This document shows, in pieces, positions 46,277 to 58,600 of a stretch of 64,000 nucleotides of DNA; positions within the stretch are counted from its first letter, which is position 1; each line of letters begins with the position of its first letter. Source of the stretch: Elusimicrobiales bacterium (GTDB lineage Bacteria > Elusimicrobiota > Elusimicrobia > Elusimicrobiales > UBA9959); NCBI GenBank assembly GCA_031082205.1, contig JAVHLJ010000004.1, forward strand, positions 8,942 through 72,941. Reading direction: 5' to 3'. The position numbers were made by a program, and so were the translations under genes. The notes under the pieces were generated by a model. That model had not been told where the DNA came from. It saw only the letters and a program-made list of their open reading frames with translations, and ran no database searches.

Positions 46277-46659
46277 ACCGCACCCTCGCCTATGGGCTGG
46301 CCTGCCTGGATCACCTGGGCCGGAACAATGGCGGACAGTGGAACCAGGTTACCGATATCTGCCGCTGCCAGGGCCTGCCTGTCGCCTACTGCAACAAGGT
46401 GCTGCAGGCTTTGGTCCACGCGGGCCTGGTGGAATCGCAGAAGGGCAGGGGCTACCGGCTCAACAAGGAACTCGATGACATCAGCGTCTGGGACCTGATG
46501 GAGGCCTTCACGCTCAACGGCGCGCCGAAAGCGGAGCGGGCCGAATCCGCGGGCAAGCTTTACCGCAAGCTGAAGGAGCGGGTCGACCATTGGCTGGTCG
46601 GCCTGACCGTGAAGGACATCGTGGAGATGGTCAAAGAAGAGGAGGGCGGCGGGGATTGA
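46261..46659 (+). CDS. Rrf2-family transcriptional regulator
   Basis: YGL.CL..L, wHTH, KVLQALVHAGLVESQKGRGYRL, ISVWDLMEA; alternative start 46273. Confidence 0.85.
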   Translation: MPVKMNRTLAYGLACLDHLGRNNGGQWNQVTDICRCQGLPVAYCNKVLQALVHAGLVESQKGRGYRLNKELDDISVWDLMEAFTLNGAPKAERAESAGKLYRKLKERVDHWLVGLTVKDIVEMVKEEEGGGD

Positions 46660-46663
46660 TCTT

Positions 46664-49600
46664 ATGAGTCCGGCCGGAATAAAGAGGAGCGTTCCGCGCG
46701 GCGGCCTTAGGGGCCTGCCGGCGGCTCTCTTTTTCCTGCTGCTGCCGGCGCTGGCGCCCCGCGCCGCCGCCCAGACCACGGTATATCTGAGCGATACGGT
46801 CTCGCCGATAAATCCCGGCGCCGACGACGAACGCAGGCTGAACCGGCTGCGCGGCGCCGCGGCGGTCACCTATACCAAGGCCACCATGGCGGGCCCGGTG
46901 ACGCCGCCGACCTCGGCCACTCAGATGACCAAGATCTCCGGGGGCACGCCGATGGTCTGGTACACGGACCCGCTGGACGCGGTGACGATAGGCGGCAATA
47001 TAACTTTCAACTTCTGGGCGCGGGAAAGCCATAACCAGGCCAATGCCGGCCTTACCGGCGAGCTCTGGCGCGCCAGCGGCTCGGGCGCCCTGCTCGAGCT
47101 GATCGCCGCGGTTCACGACGTGTCACTTTCGGAGCTCGGCACCACGCTCTCCGCCCAGAACTGGGTCCGTACTCCGGCCCCGACGGCCCTGGCCAACGGC
47201 GAACGCCTGTCCCTGCGCCTCTACATAGACGACGCCGGCGGCACGATGACCAGCGGCCGCTTCGTCGAGTTCACGCTCGACGGCCCGACGGCCGGCGCGA
47301 GCGGCGACAGCTGGTTCAGGACCGCCGAGGCGCTGGCGCCGGCCCGGCCGGTCGTCGGTTCGGTGACGGGCCTGACCCAGACCGGCTTCTCCGCCTCGTG
47401 GACGCTGGTGGAGGGCGCCACCGGCTATACGCTGGCGGTTTCTCCCAATCCGGGGAATCCGCCCTCGCCCATAAGCGCCTCGCTCAGCGCCTCGGACAAT
47501 TCGGGCGCCTTTTCCTCGCTGACTTCCAATACGACCTATTATCCCTTCGTGCGTACCAACGGTCCCGGCGCTTCCAGTTCCTGGTCTGCCTACCCCGTTC
47601 AGGTTACGCCGGCCTACGCCCCGTCCTTCTCCAATTTTACGAACGTCTCGTCCCATACCGCCCGGTTCAACTGGAACGCCAACGGCAATCACGCGGCCAC
47701 GCTCTACCATGTCGTCATGTCCACGGCGGCCGACCCCCTTTCGCCTTTCGGCGCGCCGGTGACCTCGTCGTTCACCTACAACACTTTTCTTTCCTCTTCG
47801 GGGCTCCTGGCCAACAGGTCATATTCTTTCAGGGTGGCGGCCGTAAATCACGGCGGGGTATATACCTCCTATACCTCCGTGGTCTCGACCTATACGCTGG
47901 CCGGCCAGCCGGCGGCGGGGCTTTTCTCCGGCGTATCGGAGACCGGGGTCACGGCCTCCTGGACGGACGGCGGCAATCCGTCCGGGACCCTCTACCGCCT
48001 TTTCGTCTCTACCGCGCCGGACCCGCTATCGCCTCTCGGGGCGGCCTTCAGCGAGCATGAGACCTATAACCTGTCTTTCAGCACCGCGGGCCTCGCGCCG
48101 AATACGACCTATTATTTCAGGGCGGCCGCGGTGAACGGCGACGGGGCGGCTACGCTCTATTTCTCCGCCGCCTCCACTGCCACGCTGGCGGCGGCGCCGG
48201 TATTCTCCGCTTTCGGCAGTGAAACCTCTTCTTCGCTGTCTTTCTCCTGGAACGGCGGCGGGAACCCGGCCGGGACGCTGTACCGCGTGCTGTCGTCCAC
48301 CGCCGCGGACCCCCTCTCGCCTTCGGGCGCCAGGGTGGCCTCGTCCGACACCTACAATCTGTCGCTTTCCTCCGCCGTCCTGGTCCCGGACACCCGCTAT
48401 TATTTCCGCGCGGCGGCGGTCAACCGCAACGGCGTGCTCACGGCCTACAGCGCGCCGGAGGGCCGGGCGACGCTGCTGGCCGCCGCGCCGGCCGCGCCCG
48501 CTTTCGGCGCCGTATCGGAAACCGGGATCGGCTTCTCTTTCTCGGCCAACGGGAACGCCTATCCAGGCACGCTGTTCAGGGTGCTCTCTTCGACCGCGCC
48601 TGACCCGGCGAACCCCGGGGGCGCGGCCGCCGTCTCGTCCGACACCTACAATAATTCGCTGGCGCTGTCCGGCCTGGTCCCCAACGCCACTTATTATTTC
48701 CGCGCGGCCGGCGTGAACAAGGACGGCGTCCTGACCGCCTACACCGCCATAGCCGGCACCTCCACGCTGGCCGCCGCGCCCTCCGGCCTGGTCTTCACCG
48801 AGACCACGCAGGAGAAAGTCCGCCTGGAATGGGCCGCCTCCAACGGTCCCGGCACGCTTTATACGGTGCGGGTCTCGACTGCGCCGGACCCGCTCGCGCC
48901 GGGGGGCGCGGTCGTGACCAGTTCCGACACTTATAACCTTTATCTGTCCACGGAAGGGCTCGCGTACAGCACGGAGTATTTTTTCAGGGTGCGCGCCGTG
49001 AACAATAACGGGATACTTACCGCCTGGTCGGCCATAGCATCCACCACCACGCTGGCGCCCGGCACGCTGGCCGCCCCGCTGGCCGGCGAGCTGGAGCCGC
49101 ATGTCTCGTCCATGACCGCGGCCTGGTCGCTGGTGGTCGGCGCCACCGGCTATACGCTGGCGGCCGCGCTGTCGCCGGACAATCCGCCGGCCGTCTTCGC
49201 CTCCAGCACCGTACTGGCCCAGGCCTACGCGCAGGTCGCGGGGCTGGTCCCCGATACCGTCTATTACCTCTTTGTCAGGGCTAACGGCCCCGGGCTGGCC
49301 AGCGCCTGGAACCCCTATTCCCCGGCGGCCACGCGGCTGCAATACGCGCCTGCTTTCGGCTCTTTCACCGGGACCGCGGCGGATTCGATATCCTTGTCCT
49401 GGACCGCGGCCAATCCGGCCGGCACTCTTTACCGCGTGGTCTCGTCCACGGCGGCGGACCCGCTGTCTCCCGCGGGCGCGGCCGTGGTCTCGTCGGACAC
49501 CTATAACCTCTCCCTCTCGTCCGCCGGCCTGACGGCCAATACCGCCCATTATTTCAGGATAGCCGGCGTCAATAAGGACGGCGTTCTTACGGCCTGGACG

Positions 49601-52600
49601 GCCGCGCGGGGCACCTCCACGCTGGCCGCCCAGCCGGTGTTCTCTGGTTTCTCCGGGACCGGGACCTCTGCCATTACCTTCGACTGGACGGCCGCCGGCA
49701 ATCCGGCCGGCACGCTCTACCGCGTTCTTTCCTCCAGGGCGCCCGATCCGCTGAACCCCGGCGGGCAGCCGGTAGTTTCTTCCGACACCTATAACCTCTC
49801 GCTGTCCACCGCGGGCCTGTCGCCGAATACCAGCTATTATTTCATGGCCGCCGCGGTAAACAACGACGGAGTTCTCACGGCTTTCTCCGCGCCGCAGGTC
49901 AATCCCACCCTGCCGGAGGACGCCGCCTTCCCCGGTTTCGGGACGATCACCGATTCTTCGGTGGATTTCATGTGGTCCGGCGGGGCCAATCCGTCCGATA
50001 CTCTCTACCGCGTCCTGGTCTCGCCGGCGCCCGATCCCCTGAACCCCGGCGCCGAGCCGGTGACTTCCTCCGACACCTATAACCTCTACCTCAGCTCGGC
50101 CGGGCTGGGCGTGGACAGGGATTACCATTTCATCGTCGCCGCCCTGCGGCGCGGCGGCCAGCCGGGGGCCTGGACCTCGCCGGAGCGGGCGCACACCCTG
50201 TCCCGCCAGCCGGTATTCTCGGGTTTCGGTACGGTCTCGGCCGGCGCCATAGAAGCGCAGTGGTCGGCCAACGGGAATCCCGCCGGTACGCTCTACCGCG
50301 TGGCCGTTTCGCCGGCGCCGGACCCGCTGGACCCGGGCGCCGAGCCGGTCACGACGCTGGAATCCTACGGACTCTCGGTCAGCAGCGCCGGCCTGGCGGC
50401 CGACACCACTTACTACTTCCGCGTCGCCGCGGTGAACGGGGACGGCGTGGCGACGGCTTATACCGCCCCCCGGGGCACGGCCACGCTGGTCTCCTATCCG
50501 CCGCTGTTCCAAGGGTTCAGCGACCTGCAGACCGACGCCATACGCGTATTGTGGGGGCCGAACAGCAACGCCGAGGGCACGCTCTACCGCGTGGCCGTCT
50601 CCACCGCGCCGGACCCGCTGGCCCCGGGCGGGGCGGCGGTCACCTATGAGGACACCTACGAACTTTCGCTCGCTTCTTCCGGTCTTCGCACGAACACGCT
50701 CTATTACTTCCGCCTGGCCGCGGTGAACAAGAACGGCGTGGCGACCGTCTATACCTCCACGCAATCTGAGCGCACCCTGCAGTCGGTGACCAAGCTGTAC
50801 CTGCGCGACACGGTCTCCGCCGCGAACCCGGCCGGCGATTCCGGCGAGGAGCGCCGGCTCTCCACGGTTCGCGGCGCCGCCTCCGTCACCTACACGAAAG
50901 CCACGCTTTCAGGCACCGTCACGCCGCCGACCTCCGCCACGCAGTTCACGCGCGCGTCCGGCGGGGCGGTACAGACCTGGTACACCTACCCGCTTGGGGC
51001 CGTGACGATAGTCAGCAGCGTCACCTTCAATCTCAGGGCCTGGGAGAGCGCCGCCCAGGCCAACGCCGCGGTCACCGCGGTCCTTTACCGCACGGACTCA
51101 GCCGGCGTGGTCATCTCCACCGTCGCCACGGCCCTGATCCCGAGAACTGAGTTGGGAACCGGCGACGCGGCCCAGACATGGAGCCGGGAGCCCGCGCCCA
51201 CCGCGCTGGCCGAAGGAGACCGGCTGGCCCTGCGCGTCTATATAGACGACGGCGACGGCGTAACCATGGCCAGCGGCCGCAGCGTCTACATGTCCATAGA
51301 CGGCCCCACCGCCAACGCGCCCGGCGACTCCTGGGTGCAGCTGCTGGAGGAACTGCGGCCGGCCAGCCCGGCCGCGCTGACGGTGACCGGGGTCACGGCC
51401 TCGCAGATGTCCGCCTCCTGGCCATTGGTAGCCGAAGCTACCGGCTATACTCTTATCTCCTCGGTGGAGCCCGGCGGCGACCCGGTCTATTCGTCCAGCC
51501 GTACGCTGGGCAACCTCTCGGCCGCGCTGGCCTCGCCGTCCATGGCGGCCAATACCACTTATTACCTTTTCGTCCGCAGCGAGATGGAGGGGGCGTCCGG
51601 CGGCTGGCGCTCCCATCCCGCAACGGCCACGCTGCTCGCTTTCTCGCCGGCCTTCTCCGGCTTCGGCCCGGTGGCGGCCGGTTCCATCCGTTTCGACTGG
51701 TCGCATAACGGCAATCCGGCCGGCACTCTCTACCGCGTGTTGTCCTCGACGGCGCCGGACCCGCTCTCGCCCGGCGGCGCGGCGGTCTCGGCGGCCCTGA
51801 CTTACGACACTTTCCTGAGCTCGTCGGGGTTGTCGGCCGACACCACCTATTATTTCCGCGTGGCCGGCCTGAACCACGGCGGCGTGCCGACTGCCTATAC
51901 GGCGGCGGCGGGCACGGCTACATTGCTGGCCTATGCGCCGGCCTTCTCCGCTTTCAGCGGCGTCGGCCAGACCTCCATGCAGTTCGAGTGGTCGCATAAC
52001 GGCAACGCGCCCGGTACTCTCTACCGCGTGGTCTCGTCCACGGCGCCCGACCCGCTGGCTCCCGGCGGAGCGGTGGCGGTCAGCTCGCTGACCTACAACA
52101 CTTTCCTGAGCACGGCCGGGTTGTCGGCGAACACGACCTATTACTTCAGGGTGGCCGGCGTTAACAAGAACGGCGTCTCCACGGCCTACACTTTGGCGGC
52201 GGGGACCGCGACGCTGGCGTACGCCCCGGTCTTCGGCTCTTTCACCGGCGTCTCCGCCGCGGCGGTCTCTCTCTCCTGGACTTCCGGCGGCAATCCGGCC
52301 GGCACTCTCTACCGCGTGCTGTCCTCCACCGCGCCCGACCCGGCCTCGCCCCAAGGTGCCGTCGCGGCCTCTTCGGACACTTATAACCTGTCGCTGTCCT
52401 CCTCCGGCCTGGCCGCCGATACCACCTATTATTTCCGGGTGGCGGCGCTCAACCGCGGGGGGGTTCCCAGCGCGTACACGGTCCCGGCCGGCACGGCCAC
52501 GCTGCTGGGCTTCGCCCCGGTCTTCTCCGGCTTCGCGGACGTCGCCGCCGGTTCGATGCGCGCGGACTGGTCGCATAACGGCAACGCGCCCGGCACGCTC

Positions 52601-55600
52601 TACCGCGTGGTCTCGTCCACGGCCCCGGACCCGCTGTCGCCGGCGGGGGCGCTGGCCGTCAGTTCGCTGACCTACAACACTGCCCTGAGCACGGCCGGGC
52701 TGTCGGCCGACACCACCTATTATTTCCGCGTGGCCGGCGTGAACAAGAACGGGGTCCTTACGGCTTACACGGCGCCGGCGGGCACGGCGACGCTGCTGGG
52801 CTTCGCGCCCGTCTTTGCTGGTTTCAGCGGCGTGGCTGAAGGCGCCATGCAGTTCGGCTGGTCGCATAACGGCAACGCGCCCGGCACGCTCTACCGCGTG
52901 GTCTCGTCCACGGCGCCGGACCCGCTGTCGCCGGCGGGCGCGGTGGCCGTCAGTTCGCTGACCTACAATGTCGCGCTGACCACGGCGGGGCTGTCGGCGA
53001 ACACCACTTATTATTTCCGCGCGGCAGGCGTGAACAAGAACGGGGTCCTTACGGCTTACACGGCGGGGGCCGGAACCTCCACTTTGGCGAATGCGCCGAC
53101 CGGACTCTACGAGACCGGCGTCACCAGCTATACGGTGCAGCTCAACTGGTCCGGCTCCGGCAACGGCCCGGCCGCGCTCTACGAGGCCCGTGTTTCTCGG
53201 GCGGCTGACCCGCTGGACCCAGGGGGATTCCCGGTCACTTCCTCGGCGACCTACAACCTTTATTTTTCCACCGCCGGGCTCGCGCCCTCTACGGCCTATT
53301 ATTTCCGCGCCAGAGCGCTCAATAACAACGGCGTCTATACGGCCTGGACGGACCCGCCTTACCGCGTGGATACGCTGGGCGCGGACGAGATCGGCAGCCC
53401 GGCCTCGGGCGAGATCTCGGGCGTGCATGTCAGTTCGCTGGCCGCGACCTGGTCGCTGGTCTCCGGCGCCACGGGCTATACGCTGGCCGCCTCGTTGTCC
53501 CCGGATAACCCGCCTCTGTCCATAGAGGCTTCCAGCGAGACCGTGAACAACGGGTCTTACGCCCAGGTTCCGGGGCTGGCCGCCGATACGGTATACCATC
53601 TCTTTGTGCGGGCCAACGGCCCGGGCATTTCCGGCGACTGGTTCGCTTTCCCGGCCCGGGCCACGCTGCTGGAATTCCCGCCGGCCTTCGTCTCCTTCTC
53701 GGGCGTCGCGGCCGGCTCGGCGCGGTTCAATTTCTCGCTTAACGGCAACGCGGCCGGCACGCTGCACCGGGTGCTGGTCTCAACGGCGCCCGACCCGCTC
53801 TCGCCCGGCGCGGCGGCTTTCAGCTCCTCGGACACCTACAATGTCGCGCTGACCACGGCGGGGCTGTCGGCCGATACCACCTACTATTTCACGGCGGCGG
53901 GGGTGAACAAGGACGGCGTGCTCACGGCCTATGCCGCCGTACAGGCCACGGCCACGCCGGCCAATATCCCGGTCTTCGCCGGCTTTACCGGCGTCGGCGC
54001 GTCGGAACTGACGTTCAACTGGTCGCGCAACGGCAACCGCAACCCCGGCACGCTTTACCGCGTGCTGGTCTCTACGGCGCCGGACCCGGCCAGCCCCGGC
54101 GGCGCGGTGTTCACCAGTTCCGAGACCTATAACCTGCACCTGACCACGGCGGGCCTGTCAGCGGACACCACTTATTATTTCCGCGCCGCGGCGCTGGGCG
54201 TCAACGGCCTCTCCACGGCCTATTCGGCGGCGGCGGGCACGGCCACGCTGGTAGCCTACCCGCCGGTATTCGCCGGCTTTACCGGCGTCGGCACGGGCGC
54301 GATGCAGGCGAACTGGTCGGCCAACGGCAACCGCGATCCAGGAACGCGCTATCGCGTCCTGGTCTCTACGGCCGCTAACCCTTTGAGCCCGGCCGGGGCC
54401 GTTGTGACCAGTTCCGAGACTTTCAACCTCTACCTGAGCAGTTCGCCGCTGACGCCCAATTCGACGCGCTACTTCATGATCGCGGGCGTCAATCATAACG
54501 GCGTCCTGACGGACTGGACCGCCGTCGCCGGCACGGCCACCCTCGCTAATATCCCTCTGACGGCCGTCTCCACTTTCAGCGCGGTCACCTCCGGCGGCTT
54601 CAGCGCGGCCTGGGCGGCCAATGGCAACCCGGCCGGCACGCTCTACCAGGTGCAGGTCTCCACCGCCCAGGACTTCAATCCCGGCGCGCACGGCCAGACG
54701 GCCTCCACGGCTCCGGCGGACGGCTACTCCTACGCCTTCAGCGGCCTGCTCTCCAACCGGGATTATTATTTCCGCGCGCGCGCTCTCAACCATAACGGCG
54801 TCTACAGCGATTACGCGCAGCTCGGCTCCACGCGCACGCTCGGCCTCTCCGCGCCGTCCGTGCTGCCGGTCACCCAGGTTTCCACCTTCTCCATAACCGC
54901 GTCCTGGACCCTGATTGCCGGGGCGACGGGCTATACGCTGGCCGCCTCGGAAGATTCCGGCGTCGAGCCTTCGTCCGTTTACGCCTCCAGCGCGACGGTC
55001 GGGACGTCGGCCGCGGTGTTCAGCCCGGCCCTCGCTCTCAACACCACTTACTACCTGTTCGTCAGAGCCGGCGGCCCCGGCGACTCAAGCCCCTGGGCCG
55101 TCTACCCCGCCACCTCGACGCTCGCCAATACGCCGACGGCGCCGGGCTCCCCGTTCGGCAGCGTTACGGATAACGGCTTCACGCTCAGCTGGGGGGCCAA
55201 TTCCAATCCGCTGGGAGACACGCTGTACACGGTGCAGGTCTCGACCGCCGTGGATTTCAACTCCGGCGTGACCAACCAGCTGACGCTGACCACGGCGCCG
55301 GCCGGCGGCCCCATGGCGACTTTCAGCAGCCTGAGCAGCGATACCTTCTACTACGCCAGGGTCAGGGCGCATCACAACAACGGCAACTTCACCGACTGGG
55401 TGAGCCTGGGCAACGCCAAGACGCTGATCCTGGCCGAACTGCACGAGGCCGGCGACGGGGTGCTGTTCTACGGTCAGAGCGGCAACAGCACGCCGCAGTT
55501 CAGGGACTATGTCTACGCTTCCAATTCGTTCAGCTCCGTCCGCCAGACCATAACGGGCGCGGCCGGGCGGCTTTTCACGATAAGGACCAACCCGCTGACC

Positions 55601-58600
55601 ACCAAGCAGGAGGCCGTGGCCGCCTATGTGCGCGACGGCACGCTGCGCGTGCTCTGCACCGACGGCGCCAACTGGTACGAGGAGTGGACGCAGACCGTCG
55701 GCGGCACCGACGGCACGCGCCGTTTCGACGTGGCCTTCGAGACCGCCAGCGGCGACGCCGTTGTGCTGTACTCGCGCAATGTTTCGGGCGCGAACGAACT
55801 CGGTTACCGCACCAAGCCCGGTTCCGCAGCATGCGGTTCGGCCAACTGGTCTTCCGCGCAAACGCTGGACCCCGTCCGCACCTCCGGCGTAGTGCAATGG
55901 GTCAGGATGGCGCCCGACCGCCGGGCGGACCGCGACCATGTCGCGGCCATCTGGGCCGACGCCAATTCCGCGCTTTCGGCCATGGTCTGGAACGGCGCCG
56001 CCTGGGAGAACGAGCCGTCCGCGGCGCTGGAGACCTCGTTGGAGACGGCCGCGGCCGCGCAGGACGTGGAAAGCTTCGCCGTGGAAACCGAGTCTCTTTC
56101 CGGGGACCTCATGGTCATCTGGGGGCATAGCGGCGGCACGGACGGGATCAACGGCGTGCGCTACGCCACGGCGGCTTTTACCGGCGGCAGCCCGGCGCAC
56201 GCCTGGGGCGGCGTCGTCAACGCGCCGGCTTTCCTCGACGACGCCACGAACCTGGACCTGGCCGCCAACCCGGCCACCGACGAGCTGGTCTTCGCCTCGA
56301 TAGGCAACGCGGGCTCCGACCTGCAGGCCGGCTACTGGAACGGCTCGGCCTGGACCAATACGGCCAACCTCGACACAACGGCGCAGACGCCGGCGGCCGG
56401 CAACAAACTGGTGGCCGCCGCCTGGATAAGCTCCGGCACGGCCACGCGCAGCGTCATAGTCTACAACGACGCGGCCGCGACGAACGTCGGCTGGTACACG
56501 GGCAACGCCGGCGTCTTCACGGCCCAGACCGATTTCACCCCGGCGCCGGCCTTCGCCAACCCGCAGCGCTATTACGGCCTGCAGCAGGACCCGGTGCACC
56601 GCGACAGGCTGATGCTGACCGTGGCCGACGCCAACGCCGACCTGTTCGCCAAGCGGCTGGTCATGACCGCCGCGGCGGCCTTCACCTGGACCAACGCGGA
56701 CGGCGGCGCGGCGCTGGAGACCAATCTCGGCTCCGCGCTGGCCGGCGGCCACGCCTTCGTCTTCTGGCCGGCCCCGCCGACCACCACTTTCGAGGCTAGC
56801 GCCCACCGGTTCTACGCCAATACGGATTCGACGGACGTCGGAATTCCCCTGGCCGCGCAGGACGCGCTGGCCGTGCTCCCCTCTTCCGGCTCGGCTTTCC
56901 GCCTGCGCCCGCTGGTCACCATAGGGCAGGTGGACCTGCCGCAGTCCGGCCAGAGCTTCAAGCTGCAGTTCGCGGGGCAGGGTTCCGGCACCTGCGCTTC
57001 CCCGTCCGGCGGCTCGCCGGCCTCCTGGACCGATGTCACGGCCGTGACGGCGGTGGCCTTCAACGATAATCCCTCCCCGGCGTCCGGGGCCCCGCTGACG
57101 GCCAACGCCGCCGACCCGGCCTACGGCGTGCAGGCCAATCTGAACCAGACCTACGCCGAGGCCGGCGGCTTCTCCAACTCCGTCTCGGGCGTGGCCCGCA
57201 ACCGCAACGCGATGTGGGACCTGGCGCTAAAAGACAACGGCATGGCGCCCGGGGCCGTCTACTGCCTGCGCCTGGTAAAGAGCGACGGCGTTCCGCTCGA
57301 GTTCTACACCTCTTATCCGCGCGTGGCCGCTCCGTCGGCCGTAGTTCTCAACGAGGTCTATCCCGCCGGGGCCTCCTCCTCCGCGGACTGGGTGGAGCTT
57401 TACAATAATTCGCACAGCACGGCGCCGCTGCTGGGCTGGCGGCTGGAATACGTGGAGAACACGATAGCCCTGGGAGGCTCGGCCAATACCGTCTGGACCG
57501 GGGGGGCGGACCAGTTCGTCAACGCCCTCTCCACTTTCCTGGTCAGCGGTCTGTCCGCGGACCTCAACGGCGCCCAGGGTTATCACGTGCGGCTGCTGGA
57601 CGCCTCGGGCGCGCTCGTCGACCGCGCGCAGTGGCCGGCCGGACTGACCGCCGGCCAGTCCTTCGCCAGGATAAGCGACGGGCATCCGGACTATTTCGAG
57701 ATAGACCCGACCCCTACGCCGGGATATTTCAACTCCGTCTCCACCGACGCCCTTCATATCAACGAACTGGCCTACGGCGACGCCATATCGGAGTTCGTCG
57801 AGCTTTACAGCCTCGACGCGGTCTCCACCCGCGCCCTCACCGGCTACTCTCTGCGCAACGCGGCCTCTTCGGCCGCCGGAAAGGTCTTCCGTTTCGACAG
57901 GCGCGTCTACCCGCTGGACTTCACGGCGCTGGACGGCTCCTCGCTCAGCCGCGACGGCCTGACCTGGACGCAGGTCTTCGGCGCGGAGGGACTGGCGGCC
58001 GCGGGCGACTTCCTGGCGCTGGAGAACTCGACGGGCGCCGTGGTGAGCCGCGTGACCTGGCAGTCCGGGTCCGCCTACAGCCGCTACAATTACGCCGCCC
58101 AGCTCGTGCCTTACGCCAACCCGGCTCCGGCCAACGCCGTTCACTCCATAGCGAGGGGGCCGTCGGAGGGCGCTCATTCCGGAGTGGATTCCGCGGACTT
58201 CAGCGCCTCGGCCGCGACGACGCTGGTATCGCGCAATAATAACGCCGGGACGGGCGCCGCCAACGCGCTGTATTATCCGGACCCCTCGTCTTCCGTGCGC
58301 CACCTGTCGCGCTATTTCCCGCTGCGGCTGACGCTGGGCGCGGACGCCTCGGCCGGCCGGGGAAATAATATCGTGCTGTCGCGCCGAGGCGGGACGGCCG
58401 ACCCCGGCTCGCCTCACATCTACCGGCTCGAGGATATCGGCTTCAGCCTGTCGTCCCTGCTGGAGCAGGCCACGGCGCAGTTCGGCCTGTCCTTCCCGGA
58501 CCAGGACGGCAATTCCCTCGTGAACGGGAGCTGGTACAGGCTGGTCCTGAACTCCGACACAGGCTCCGCCTCCGCGCCGCAGGTCGTCATCGCTTCGGCC

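Noticed and set aside
46182-46478. 98-aa ORF overlapping the Rrf2 gene
   Set aside because: Out-of-frame overlap with a well-supported gene and no recognisable features.
46664-55430. Regularly spaced repeats as a CRISPR array or DGR template
   Set aside because: They are in-frame, degenerate ~290-bp coding repeats; no constant short repeat with spacers, no cas gene and no reverse transcriptase.
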